Source of the DNA: an uncultured Gemmatimonadales bacterium
Lineage (GTDB): Bacteria; Gemmatimonadota; Gemmatimonadetes; Gemmatimonadales; GWC2-71-9
Assembly: GCA_963739455.1 (NCBI GenBank)
Contig: CAVUAK010000001.1
Span: 1,536,001-1,600,000 of the forward strand
Reading direction: 5' to 3'
Length of the DNA stretch: 64,000 nt
Both the position numbers and the translations under genes were made by a program. The notes below the pieces were generated by a model. The model was given only the letters and a program-made list of their open reading frames with translations. It searched no databases and was not told where the DNA came from. Of this stretch, positions 9,725-19,759 are shown in pieces. Numbering within the stretch: position 1 is the first letter of the stretch; every line of letters begins with the position of its first letter.

Positions 9725-9740
9725 TGTGAGCTCCATCACA
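9725..9740. promoter_or_regulatory. TGTGA-N6-TCACA palindrome upstream of lipoprotein 2
   Basis: TGTGA-gctcca-TCACA with AT-rich flanks. Confidence 0.6.
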
Positions 9741-10007
9741 ATGTTTGGCGTCAAGAACTTAAACATTGCAAGCGACCCTGCAGTGCCTGTAGGTTTTCCC
9801 CGTTCGTAACGCCCAAAAACTGTTTTTCAGGCACGCTGCCTCAGAGCAAGGCCGTCGAAAGGCGGCTACGCAGAGCCACGGAGCTAAGGTGCTCAGTCGA
9901 GCACTAAGCCAGCCGAGCCGCCGGCGAGCCGATCTCATCGATTGAGGTCGTGCTGTCCGGCGGCTCGATCGTATTGACTGGTCAATCTGCGATCCCGTCG
10001 GGGTGCC

Positions 10008-13000
10008 TTGATGGTGACCACTAGCTTCGAGTCACGGCTGATTGCCCGGATCCAACGGGCGTGCGTTGCTGCGATCCTCGCGGCCTCAGTGTCATGCACC
10101 CTCCAGGAGCCGGTCGTAACTGACCCCCTTGATCCGCCGGACGCCACGGCTGATACACTCGCCATTTCGCCCCAGAATGCCTCGGTTGCCACAGGAGACT
10201 CCATCACCTTTGCAGCTCCTGGTGAGACTGTGGTTGGCACGCCCGTTTCTGGGCCAGTCGAATGGACAGTCTCAGGTGGCACCGGTGCCTCGGTTACGAG
10301 CGCCGGAACCTTCCGCGCTTCAGCGGGTGGCGACTATGTGGTGCAGGCGGCCCGCGCCGGCCACTCGGGTCGGTCACGAGTGCACGTTTCCGGCTCCTCA
10401 TCGGCGCTCTCCTCAGTCAGGATCGCGCCCAACGTTCTCACTCTGCAACCAGGCGCCGCCTTCACTCTTGCGGTGTCGGGCTTGCTGCCGGACGGGACGG
10501 TGGTCCCGGTCAGCGGCAATTGGACGGCGACGGGAGGAACGATCACTTCGGGTGGGCGCTATACCGCAGGGAGTGCTCTGGGCACGTTCCGCGTCGTTGT
10601 TACGCAGCAGGGCGGCACGCTCGCTGATACCTCTGCCATTACGATTTCGAGTGCTGCGCCCACACTCACCGCGATCGAGCTTTCCCCACCCACCGTCAGT
10701 CTGTTACCGAGTGCATCACAGCAATTCAGCGCGATTGCACGGATGAGTGATGGCAGCACCGGAACCGCATCAATAGCCTGGAGTGCAACGGGAGGTACCA
10801 TCAGCTCCTCGGGGCTCTATCAGGCTGGGGCGACGACCGGCACGTTCCGCGTTGTTGCAGCGCAGCAGGGTGGCACCAAGGCCGACACCGCCGTCGTCAC
10901 CATTACTGCCCCGCCGCCCACACTTCAGGCCATCGAGGTGAGTCCGGGCAGCGTGAGCCTCGCGCCGAGCGCGTCGCAACAGTTCTCTGCTGTCGGACGC
11001 ATGAGCAACGGAACGTCATCGAGCGTGACGGTCTCGTGGTCGGCCACGGGTGGCACAATCACTTCGACGGGCGCGTACGTCGCCGGTTCAATCGCCGGAA
11101 CGTTCCGAGTGATCGCGGCACAGCAAGGTGGCGCGAAGGCCGATACTGCAAACGTGACCATTACCGCCGTGACGCCTCCCCCAACGGTCACACTGCAGGC
11201 CGTCGTGGTCTCGCCGGTGAACGCGAGCCTGGAGACGGGCGACACGCAGCAATTCTCGGCGGCTGGCCGGATGAGTGACGGCAGTACTTCGAGTCTTGCG
11301 GTGGCTTGGTCTGCTACGGGCGGCAGCATCTCGAGCGCCGGGCTGTACACGGCGGGCAGCACGGCGGGCAACTATTCGGTAGTTGCGAGACAGCAAGGCG
11401 GCACGTTGGCAGATACGTCGCTGGTGACGGTTACGGTGCCGGCGCCTACGCTGCAGGCGATTGTCATCTCACCGGCATCTATCGCACTGACGACCGGCGC
11501 TTCACAGCAGTTTTCGGCGACGGGGCGGATGAGCGATGGAAGCACGGGGAGCGTGTCGGTCACCTATTCGGCCACCGGCGGCTCCGTGAATGCAGCCGGT
11601 CTCTTTACCGCTGGTACGGTTGCGGGCTCATACCGGGTTATTGCCGTGCAGCAGGGCGGGTCGAAGGCCGATACGGCGGCGGTGACGATTGCTGTACCGG
11701 CGCCGACCCTGAGCGCGATCGAGATCTCACCGGGTTCCGTGAGTCTGGTCACGGGTGGATCCCAGCAGTTCTCTGCCGTCGGCCGGATGAGCGATGGGAG
11801 TACGGCGAGCATCCCGATCTCGTGGAACGCCACCGGTGGCACCGTCAGCTCGAGCGGGGCCTATGTGGCTGGTAATACTACCGGGACGTTCCGCGTCATT
11901 GCCGGGCAGCAGGGCGGCACGAGGGCGGATACATCTGCCGTTACCATCACCGCTCCTGCGCCGACATTCACCGCAGTTGAGGTGACTCCAGCAACTGCTA
12001 CCGTCGCGGCAGGCGCGACGCAGCAGTTCAGTGCCATCGGGCGGATGAGCGACGGGAGCACCTCGAGCGTGGCGGTGACCTGGTCGGCTACAGGGGGGAC
12101 GGTGTCGGGGACGGGCCTCTATACGGCGGGGGCGACCGCGGGGACGTACCGGGTGATCGCGGTGCGGCAGGGCGATACGAAGGCGGATACGTCGGCGGTG
12201 ACGATCACGGTGGCGGCGACGCCGACGTTGAGCGCGGTGGAAGTGACGCCGGGGAGCGCGTCGGTGGGGACGGGCGGCACACAGCAGTTCAGCGCGCTCG
12301 GGCGGATGAGCGACAACAGCACCAGCGCGGTGACGGTGACGTGGAGTGCGACGGGGGGCACGATCAGCACCGGGGGCCTGTATACCGCGGGCAGCACCGC
12401 CGGCGCGTACCGGGTCATCGCGGTGCAGCAGGGGGGCACGCGGGCGGACACGGCCGCGGTGACGGTGACCGCGCCGGTGACGGGCGGGTTCACGGTGACG
12501 ATGCCGGAGGGGCCGCGCGTGGTGTTGAACACGGCGTATACGGCGCCGACGGGGAGCTCGATCGCTGTGGCGGCGGGGGGCAACCTGCAGGCAGCGTTGA
12601 ACGGGGCGAGCTGTGGCGATGAGGTGGTACTGGCGGCGGGGGCGACGTTCACGGGCAACTTCGTGTTGCCGGCGAAGGGGTGTGGCGCGAGCAACCGGAT
12701 CCACGTGCGCTCGGCGGGGACGTTGCCGGCGGAGGGGCAGCGGATGACGCCGGCGCAGGCGGGGAGCCTGGCGAAGCTGGTGTCAGCGAACAGCACCCCG
12801 GCGCTCCAGACCGCCTCGGCGGCGAGTGGGTATCGCGTGATGGGGGTGGAGATCACGGTGAGCGCGGGGGCGGGGACGAACTACGGCATCGTCGCGCTGG
12901 GGAACGGCGAGACGACGTTGAGTCAGGTACCGACGGATCTGATCCTGGATCGGGTCTACATCCACGGGAACCCGTCGCAGAACGTGCGGCGCGGCGTCGC

Positions 13001-14036
13001 GCTGAACAGCCGGTCCACCGCAATCATCGATAGTTATATCAGCGAGATCCATGAGTCGGGGGCCGACAACCAGGCGATCTGCGGCTGGACGGGCCCGGGC
13101 CCCTTCAAGATCGAGAACAACTATCTGGCCGCCGCGGGCCAGAACATCATGTTCGGCGGGTCGGACCCGTCGATCGCGAACCTCTCGCCCTCGGACATCG
13201 AGATCCGGCACAATCACCTGTTCAAGCCGTTGGCGTGGCAGTCGCAGGGCTGGATCGTCAAGAATATCGTGGAGTTCAAGCACGCACAGCGGGTGGTGGT
13301 CGAGGGGAACGTGCTGGAGAACCACTGGGTGGGCGCGCAGGCCGGCTTCGCGGTGGTGATGTTCTCGGTCAACCAGGGCCAGACGGCACCGTGGACGGTG
13401 GTGCAGGATATCCTGTGGCGGAACAACGTGCTGAAGAACATCCCCGCGGGCTTCAACCTCGCGGAGACGAACAGTCACGACAACCAGATCGGACAGTCGG
13501 CGCGGCGCATCGCGCTGGTGAACAACCTGCTCGAGCGTGTGGGCGAGAGCGCGGTCGGGGGCGTGGGCCGCATGGTGCAGGTGCTGGGCGACATCAACGG
13601 GGTGGCGGATGTGACGGTCGAGCACAACACGATGGTGTTCTCGACGGCGGGGGGCGCCACGCGCAACTCGTTCCTCATGTTCAGCGGGCCCAAGGCGCCG
13701 CGCCTGACCTTCCGCAATAACATCGCGGAGATGGGCAGCTACGGCATCATCCGCGTGGATGACGTGGGCGGCAGCGGGACGGCGGGCCTCAACAACTCCG
13801 CGACGCCGTGGCAAGTCCTGGGCAACGTGTTCGCCGGGAGCACGAGTGGGAACGCGTACCCCAGCGGGAATCCCGTGGCGGCGAGCACCAGTGTGGTCGG
13901 CTTCAGCAACGCCAGTGGCAGCGACTACAGCCTGAGCGCCAGTTCCAGCTATCGCGGGCAGGCCACCGATGGCACCGACCCCGGCTACAATCGCGCCGCC
14001 CTCCTCACCGCCACCCAAGGGGTCGTCCTCCCCTGA
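10008..14036 (+). CDS. Surface lipoprotein 2: 9 Ig-like repeats plus the same beta-helix-like tip
   Basis: Lipobox-like AASVS-C; nine repeats of about 85 aa counted; C-terminal part identical to lipoprotein 1. Confidence 0.82.
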   Translation: MMVTTSFESRLIARIQRACVAAILAASVSCTLQEPVVTDPLDPPDATADTLAISPQNASVATGDSITFAAPGETVVGTPVSGPVEWTVSGGTGASVTSAGTFRASAGGDYVVQAARAGHSGRSRVHVSGSSSALSSVRIAPNVLTLQPGAAFTLAVSGLLPDGTVVPVSGNWTATGGTITSGGRYTAGSALGTFRVVVTQQGGTLADTSAITISSAAPTLTAIELSPPTVSLLPSASQQFSAIARMSDGSTGTASIAWSATGGTISSSGLYQAGATTGTFRVVAAQQGGTKADTAVVTITAPPPTLQAIEVSPGSVSLAPSASQQFSAVGRMSNGTSSSVTVSWSATGGTITSTGAYVAGSIAGTFRVIAAQQGGAKADTANVTITAVTPPPTVTLQAVVVSPVNASLETGDTQQFSAAGRMSDGSTSSLAVAWSATGGSISSAGLYTAGSTAGNYSVVARQQGGTLADTSLVTVTVPAPTLQAIVISPASIALTTGASQQFSATGRMSDGSTGSVSVTYSATGGSVNAAGLFTAGTVAGSYRVIAVQQGGSKADTAAVTIAVPAPTLSAIEISPGSVSLVTGGSQQFSAVGRMSDGSTASIPISWNATGGTVSSSGAYVAGNTTGTFRVIAGQQGGTRADTSAVTITAPAPTFTAVEVTPATATVAAGATQQFSAIGRMSDGSTSSVAVTWSATGGTVSGTGLYTAGATAGTYRVIAVRQGDTKADTSAVTITVAATPTLSAVEVTPGSASVGTGGTQQFSALGRMSDNSTSAVTVTWSATGGTISTGGLYTAGSTAGAYRVIAVQQGGTRADTAAVTVTAPVTGGFTVTMPEGPRVVLNTAYTAPTGSSIAVAAGGNLQAALNGASCGDEVVLAAGATFTGNFVLPAKGCGASNRIHVRSAGTLPAEGQRMTPAQAGSLAKLVSANSTPALQTASAASGYRVMGVEITVSAGAGTNYGIVALGNGETTLSQVPTDLILDRVYIHGNPSQNVRRGVALNSRSTAIIDSYISEIHESGADNQAICGWTGPGPFKIENNYLAAAGQNIMFGGSDPSIANLSPSDIEIRHNHLFKPLAWQSQGWIVKNIVEFKHAQRVVVEGNVLENHWVGAQAGFAVVMFSVNQGQTAPWTVVQDILWRNNVLKNIPAGFNLAETNSHDNQIGQSARRIALVNNLLERVGESAVGGVGRMVQVLGDINGVADVTVEHNTMVFSTAGGATRNSFLMFSGPKAPRLTFRNNIAEMGSYGIIRVDDVGGSGTAGLNNSATPWQVLGNVFAGSTSGNAYPSGNPVAASTSVVGFSNASGSDYSLSASSSYRGQATDGTDPGYNRAALLTATQGVVLP

Positions 14037-14095
14037 ACTCCCCGAACGGCGAACGCATGATCCCGGACCCCGCCACCCACATGGGTGCCGGGGTC
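12012..14095 (+). repeat. Direct repeat copy 2
   Basis: Matches 7484-9567, including 59 bp of 3' untranslated sequence. Confidence 0.93.
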
Positions 14096-14103
14096 GTTTT
14101 GTT
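14065..14103 (+). terminator. Intrinsic terminator after lipoprotein 2
   Basis: Same hairpin as 9537-9568 but followed by GTTTTGTT. Confidence 0.6.
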
Positions 14104-14300
14104 CCTGCTCCACGATACGCTCCTATCACGGCGATTGTGGCCCCCCGAGCCCCATGACGGTACAGTGAATGCAACGTTGGAATGGGTTGGCCGTTGCTGC
14201 TCTAGCCCTCTCAGGCCTAATGCCGTGGCGCAGGCGGAATACAAGGGGCAACGGCGGCCAATGGCTATCTTGAACTGGATCTCCTCGGGGCGGAGGTGTT

Positions 14301-16220
14301 ATGAGTGCAGGAATCTTCACTAAGGTTGGGCGACCGGTGTGCATCCTGGCAGCCGTGGCCCTCATTGCCTGCGCGCAATCCGATGCACTATCGGATGGCC
14401 TCAGCCCACTTGTCTCCAGTGTTGAGATCACCCCTGCCTCAGTCAGCCTTGCCGTGAGCGGCGTTCAGCAGTTCAGCGTGCGCGCGACTTATGTCGATGG
14501 CTCGACGGGCGTCGAAACCGTCACCTGGTCCGCAACCGGCGGCACTATGTCGCAGTCAGGGTCTTACACGGCAGGCTCTGTCCCGGGATCATACTCCGCG
14601 ATTGCAGTGCATGCCGTGAGCGGGAAGGCGGACACGGCCGCGGTGACGGTGACCGCGCCGGTGACGGGCGGGTTCACGGTGACGATGCCGGAGGGGCCGC
14701 GCGTGGTGTTGAACACGGCGTATACGGCGCCGACGGGGAGCTCGATCGCTGTGGCGGCGGGGGGCAACCTGCAGGCAGCGTTGAACGGGGCGAGCTGTGG
14801 CGATGAGGTGGTACTGGCGGCGGGGGCGACGTTCACGGGCAACTTCGTGTTGCCGGCGAAGGGGTGTGGCGCGAGCAACCGGATCCACGTGCGCTCGGCG
14901 GGGACGTTGCCGGCGGAGGGGCAGCGGATGACGCCGGCGCAGGCGGGGAGCCTGGCGAAGCTGGTGTCAGCGAACAGCACCCCGGCGCTCCAGACCGCCT
15001 CGGCGGCGAGTGGGTATCGCGTGATGGGGGTGGAGATCACGGTGAGCGCGGGGGCGGGGACGAACTACGGCATCGTCGCGCTGGGGAACGGCGAGACGAC
15101 GTTGAGTCAGGTACCGACGGATCTGATCCTGGATCGGGTCTACATCCACGGGAACCCGTCGCAGAACGTGCGGCGCGGCGTCGCGCTGAACAGCCGGTCC
15201 ACCGCAATCATCGATAGTTATATCAGCGAGATCCATGAGTCGGGGGCCGACAACCAGGCGATCTGCGGCTGGACGGGCCCGGGCCCCTTCAAGATCGAGA
15301 ACAACTATCTGGCCGCCGCGGGCCAGAACATCATGTTCGGCGGGTCGGACCCGTCGATCGCGAACCTCTCGCCCTCGGACATCGAGATCCGGCACAATCA
15401 CCTGTTCAAGCCGTTGGCGTGGCAGTCGCAGGGCTGGATCGTCAAGAATATCGTGGAGTTCAAGCACGCACAGCGGGTGGTGGTCGAGGGGAACGTGCTG
15501 GAGAACCACTGGGTGGGCGCGCAGGCCGGCTTCGCGGTGGTGATGTTCTCGGTCAACCAGGGCCAGACGGCACCGTGGACGGTGGTGCAGGATATCCTGT
15601 GGCGGAACAACGTGCTGAAGAACATCCCCGCGGGCTTCAACCTCGCGGAGACGAACAGTCACGACAACCAGATCGGACAGTCGGCGCGGCGCATCGCGCT
15701 GGTGAACAACCTGCTCGAGCGTGTGGGCGAGAGCGCGGTCGGGGGCGTGGGCCGCATGGTGCAGGTGCTGGGCGACATCAACGGGGTGGCGGATGTGACG
15801 GTCGAGCACAACACGATGGTGTTCTCGACGGCGGGGGGCGCCACGCGCAACTCGTTCCTCATGTTCAGCGGGCCCAAGGCGCCGCGCCTGACCTTCCGCA
15901 ATAACATCGCGGAGATGGGCAGCTACGGCATCATCCGCGTGGATGACGTGGGCGGCAGCGGGACGGCGGGCCTCAACAACTCCGCGACGCCGTGGCAAGT
16001 CCTGGGCAACGTGTTCGCCGGGAGCACGAGTGGGAACGCGTACCCCAGCGGGAATCCCGTGGCGGCGAGCACCAGTGTGGTCGGCTTCAGCAACGCCAGT
16101 GGCAGCGACTACAGCCTGAGCGCCAGTTCCAGCTATCGCGGGCAGGCCACCGATGGCACCGACCCCGGCTACAATCGCGCCGCCCTCCTCACCGCCACCC
16201 AAGGGGTCGTCCTCCCCTGA
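14301..16220 (+). CDS. Surface lipoprotein 3: 1 Ig-like repeat plus the same beta-helix-like tip
   Basis: GGAGG RBS, lipobox ALIA-C, single Ig repeat, then an identical tip. Confidence 0.82.
   Translation: MSAGIFTKVGRPVCILAAVALIACAQSDALSDGLSPLVSSVEITPASVSLAVSGVQQFSVRATYVDGSTGVETVTWSATGGTMSQSGSYTAGSVPGSYSAIAVHAVSGKADTAAVTVTAPVTGGFTVTMPEGPRVVLNTAYTAPTGSSIAVAAGGNLQAALNGASCGDEVVLAAGATFTGNFVLPAKGCGASNRIHVRSAGTLPAEGQRMTPAQAGSLAKLVSANSTPALQTASAASGYRVMGVEITVSAGAGTNYGIVALGNGETTLSQVPTDLILDRVYIHGNPSQNVRRGVALNSRSTAIIDSYISEIHESGADNQAICGWTGPGPFKIENNYLAAAGQNIMFGGSDPSIANLSPSDIEIRHNHLFKPLAWQSQGWIVKNIVEFKHAQRVVVEGNVLENHWVGAQAGFAVVMFSVNQGQTAPWTVVQDILWRNNVLKNIPAGFNLAETNSHDNQIGQSARRIALVNNLLERVGESAVGGVGRMVQVLGDINGVADVTVEHNTMVFSTAGGATRNSFLMFSGPKAPRLTFRNNIAEMGSYGIIRVDDVGGSGTAGLNNSATPWQVLGNVFAGSTSGNAYPSGNPVAASTSVVGFSNASGSDYSLSASSSYRGQATDGTDPGYNRAALLTATQGVVLP
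14627..16220 (+). repeat. Direct repeat copy 3 (1594 bp), ends exactly at the stop codon
   Basis: Matches 7915-9508 and 12443-14036. Confidence 0.92.
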
Positions 16221-16245
16221 GCCCGCGGCGCCCGAGTGGCAATGC

Positions 16246-17583
16246 CTAGGTCGCCCCGCGTGCGAGATGCTGCCGTGCCGTCGCCGATTGCTGCTGGACC
16301 ACATCAGCGAGTACCAGCAGCAGCGCTAGATGAATGTAGAGATATGTGAGGAAAGCGAACGTCCCCCAGATCCCGGCAACAAGATATCCGAAGAGGCTGA
16401 ATTCCAGGAGCTGTAACCGCCGCCATTCCGGACTTCTCGATACGTTGCTCGCCTTCCTGCGCACACTGCGCGCTCTCAGAATGATCACCAGGACAATCGA
16501 GCCGAAGAGGATCAGGCCCGGGAAGCCCGTCTCGGCGAGGACCTCGAGGTACGTGTCATGCACATCGCGCGCGCCCAAGTGGGGACTGTACTCCTTGTTG
16601 GCCTTCTCGTAACGCCCGAGCCCGACTCCTAGCACCGGGTGATCACCGATGACCTGGAAGCTTGTCTGCCAAATTTCCCAGCGCTGGGTCGCCGAGCCTT
16701 CCGGGTCAACCTCTGCCAGGTTCTCGGTGTTCGTCGCATTCTTAAGTCCGGCCAGACGTTGCCACACACCGCTCGGCGCTACGAAGATTGCGACGAAAGC
16801 GACGGCGGCGGTAGCGAAAAGCAGCCGTCCCCGGTTCCGCTTCTCGCCTGAGATAACGAGCAAGACGAAGAGCGTGAGCCCGATAAAGACTGCGCGGGAC
16901 TGCGTCATGAGGATGACAATCGGAAATACCACCACCGCGGCGAGCGCGCCAAGCCGCACAAGCTTCGGGACGTCGCGGCGCACGTAGCTTGCCGCGACGG
17001 CGAGTGGGAGCAATGTCATTGCTGCCATATCATTAGCGTTGCCGAATGCGCCGCGCCAGGCGGGGCGGCCAAAGTCGGCATTGTGATAGATGGCGTAATT
17101 GAAGATCGTGCCTCTGGCAGGGTAGAGTGCAAAGAGCACAATCAGCATCAGCAGGAAGAGGTTTAGGACTCGTGGATCACGGAGGGCGTTGTAAGCCACG
17201 AGAAAGATGATGCCGACCTTGGCGAGATCCTCCACCGGGGCCATCGTTCCCGGCATTGTGCTGATCGAGTCGCCGATTGCCGCCCAGAAAATGAAGAGTG
17301 CAAGCAACCAGAAGGCGAGCGGCCACTTGAGGGCCTTTCCGCTGGTTACCAGTCCAACGACGGCGACGGCCATCGCGATGTACGCGATCGGGGCGATGAA
17401 CGTCGTGATGGCTATGAAGTACGCAAAGAAGCCGATGCGGTCCAGCGACCAGCGGACCTGCTTGAGCTGTAAAAAGCTCCGAAGTGATTGGTGCCGGGCA
17501 CTTGGCTCAACTCCTGTGACCGGGGGCGGTAACGGGGCGACCGCTGTACTGGGATAGCCGGAATAGCCCCTTTCGCGCTTCAT
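16246..17583 (-). CDS. O-antigen ligase / Wzy polymerase family membrane protein
   Basis: Multiple TM helices; FGNANDMA, TQSRAVF, RWEIW, GVGLGRY, HDTYLEVLAETG. Confidence 0.85.
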   Translation of the reverse strand: MKRERGYSGYPSTAVAPLPPPVTGVEPSARHQSLRSFLQLKQVRWSLDRIGFFAYFIAITTFIAPIAYIAMAVAVVGLVTSGKALKWPLAFWLLALFIFWAAIGDSISTMPGTMAPVEDLAKVGIIFLVAYNALRDPRVLNLFLLMLIVLFALYPARGTIFNYAIYHNADFGRPAWRGAFGNANDMAAMTLLPLAVAASYVRRDVPKLVRLGALAAVVVFPIVILMTQSRAVFIGLTLFVLLVISGEKRNRGRLLFATAAVAFVAIFVAPSGVWQRLAGLKNATNTENLAEVDPEGSATQRWEIWQTSFQVIGDHPVLGVGLGRYEKANKEYSPHLGARDVHDTYLEVLAETGFPGLILFGSIVLVIILRARSVRRKASNVSRSPEWRRLQLLEFSLFGYLVAGIWGTFAFLTYLYIHLALLLVLADVVQQQSATARQHLARGAT

Positions 17584-18425
17584 GCGACGAGCGCCTCAAT
17601 TTCGGAGCCATCACCAATGCGCTTCATGACATGCAGTGCGCGGCCGTGCTTGGTGAACGCCGTTCCGTGATTGATTCCGTCACTTCCGGTGCGCGCGACA
17701 ACCAGGACGCCATTGTTCCCCAGCCAGTCGCGTACGTTCGCAATTCCAGCCCGTAGCGTCGGTTCGTCGAAATACGAGCGATTCAGCAGGTTCGCCACCC
17801 GGATGACCCCGAAGCGGCCTTGCCACTCGGGTCGCGGAATGAAGATGTCGTGGGCAATCACGCTCACATTGGGATTGCCCGTCAATTGCCCACTGATCAG
17901 GGACACGACTCGTTGACGCCCGAAGGCCCGGCTGACAGTGCTCATGGCGCTCCCGGCGGCGAACGCCGCGTGCGATACCAAGTTCCGCAGCGACCCGTTC
18001 CAACTGGTCGGCCGGACGAGCAGCCTGCGACTCGTGCGGAGCAGCATTGCCCGTCCCCCCTCATCCGATAGCAACTCCACGCCGCCGATGCTGGTGAGTA
18101 CGCCGTTGAGCGTGCGATCGCACCCCACCACGCGCAGGGTCCGCACGATCGGCCTGAGGGCATCGACCAGCTCGGCGGTCGATATGCCACTCGAAATACC
18201 TACATCCAGCAGGTCGAAATCCGTGCGCCCATCCAGCATTGAGAGGATCAGTCGGTTCACGTCGTCCAGCCGGCGCGACGAAGTCATCTTCGTCGTGCCA
18301 TCACTCTGGTGCATGTGGGAAAGGAGGAACTCCCTGGCAAGCTCGTTCTCGGGATCGCTGACCCCGCTTTCGAGAATCTGCGCTAAGGAGCGATCAGTTC
18401 CCACGGCATCCTTCAGCGATGACAT
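17580..18425 (-). CDS. Hypothetical protein with a SAM-methyltransferase-like fold
   Basis: LLDVGISSG and IRVANLLNRSYF; coupled within the operon. Start could be 18446. Confidence 0.6.
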   Translation of the reverse strand: MSSLKDAVGTDRSLAQILESGVSDPENELAREFLLSHMHQSDGTTKMTSSRRLDDVNRLILSMLDGRTDFDLLDVGISSGISTAELVDALRPIVRTLRVVGCDRTLNGVLTSIGGVELLSDEGGRAMLLRTSRRLLVRPTSWNGSLRNLVSHAAFAAGSAMSTVSRAFGRQRVVSLISGQLTGNPNVSVIAHDIFIPRPEWQGRFGVIRVANLLNRSYFDEPTLRAGIANVRDWLGNNGVLVVARTGSDGINHGTAFTKHGRALHVMKRIGDGSEIEALVA

Positions 18426-18436
18426 GCCAAGCCCTT

Positions 18437-19759
18437 CTACCAGCAAATGCCCGTGTAGCGCGCGGCCCCCCAGGCGTCGCGCGAGGTCGCGCGGGCGAGG
18501 TCCAAGACCGTCTGGTGCTCCGTGAGCAGGGGGCCGAGGTTGCGGAATTCCCTTGAACTGTTGCCGATCACGATCACCTCGGACCGACTGGTGACCGCTT
18601 CGACCACCGGCTGCATGAGCGACCAGATGTGCGGAATCTCCTTCTCGATATACTCACGATTAGTTCCGATGAGCCTTGCCTGTGACACTTCGGCGTCGTA
18701 AATCGCGAGTTCGTAGCCCTTGCCCACGAGGCGCTCGATGAGCGCGACCATTGGTGACTCCCGAAGATCATCAGTTCCTTCCTTGAAGGCCATGCCCAGG
18801 ATGCCGATCCGCCGGTGGCCGAGTGCCGCGATCATCTCGAAGGCCCGGTCGATCTGCCGGGCGTTGCTCTCGAGTACCGATTGCAACACCGGGGTGGAGA
18901 TGTCGAGTTCCCGGGCGCGATAGGTGATCGCGCGGAGGTCCTTCGGGAGGCACGACCCGCCGAAGGCAAAGCCCGGCTTCAGGTAGGCCGCGGAAATGTT
19001 CAGTTTGCGGTCCTCGGAGAAGAGCCGCATCACTTCGTGGCTGTCGACGCCGACTGCCTTACAGATGTTCCCGATCTCGTTGGCGAATCCAACCTTCAGC
19101 CCGTGATAGCAGTTGGAGGCATACTTTACCATTTCCGCGACCGCGACGGGAACCACGTGAATCGGGGCGCCAACCGCGGCATAGAGTGCGGCCACCGCGT
19201 CACCCGCCGCCCGGTCGTCTGTGCCGACGATTGTAAAGGGCGGATCATAAAAATCCTTGATCGACGTTCCCTCGCGAAGGAACTCAGGGTTCATGCAGAC
19301 GTTGATGTTGTTGCCGGGGGCCCGGCCCAGGCCGCGTGAGATAGCTGGCCGCACGACACCCGCGATGGTTCCCGGGAGAACAGTGCTCCTGATCACCACC
19401 GTGTGGCGGCGGTCACCGACATCGCGCAGCGCTTCGCCGATCTGTTCACAGACGCGCTCGACATACTTGAGGTCGAGGCTCCCGTTCGGGCGGCTTGGTG
19501 TGCCGACGCAAATCAGCGATAGGGTAGATGCCTGAACCGCCTCGGCGGGACTGGTTGTGGCCCGCAGGCGCCCGCCGGCGCGCGCCGCGCCGATCAGTTC
19601 GGAAATACCGGTCTCGACGATCGTCGCCTCGCCCCGGTTGACCAGGTCCACCTTGAACGGACTGACGTCGACGCCGATGACATCGTGCCCGTCCTTCGCA
19701 AAGCAGGCGGCTGATACACATCCGACGTATCCCATTCCGAAAATGCTGATCGCTGTCAC
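18437..19759 (-). CDS. UDP-glucose/GDP-mannose dehydrogenase family (AlgD-like)
   Basis: GMGYVG, CVGTPS, NPEFLREG, FGGSCLPKD, FKEGTDDLRESP. Confidence 0.92.
   Translation of the reverse strand: MTAISIFGMGYVGCVSAACFAKDGHDVIGVDVSPFKVDLVNRGEATIVETGISELIGAARAGGRLRATTSPAEAVQASTLSLICVGTPSRPNGSLDLKYVERVCEQIGEALRDVGDRRHTVVIRSTVLPGTIAGVVRPAISRGLGRAPGNNINVCMNPEFLREGTSIKDFYDPPFTIVGTDDRAAGDAVAALYAAVGAPIHVVPVAVAEMVKYASNCYHGLKVGFANEIGNICKAVGVDSHEVMRLFSEDRKLNISAAYLKPGFAFGGSCLPKDLRAITYRARELDISTPVLQSVLESNARQIDRAFEMIAALGHRRIGILGMAFKEGTDDLRESPMVALIERLVGKGYELAIYDAEVSQARLIGTNREYIEKEIPHIWSLMQPVVEAVTSRSEVIVIGNSSREFRNLGPLLTEHQTVLDLARATSRDAWGAARYTGICW

Noticed and set aside
7484..16220. Diversity-generating retroelement or shufflon explaining the repeated C-termini
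   Set aside because: No reverse transcriptase or recombinase in the window, no adenine-specific mismatches seen, and no inverted recombination sites; the copies are direct and appear identical.
8255..16304. Long antisense ORFs (8255-9604, 12783-14174, 14967-16304, also 6884-8176)
   Set aside because: Shadow frames of high-GC3 genes; low-complexity Arg/His/Ala-rich translations with no recognisable motifs.
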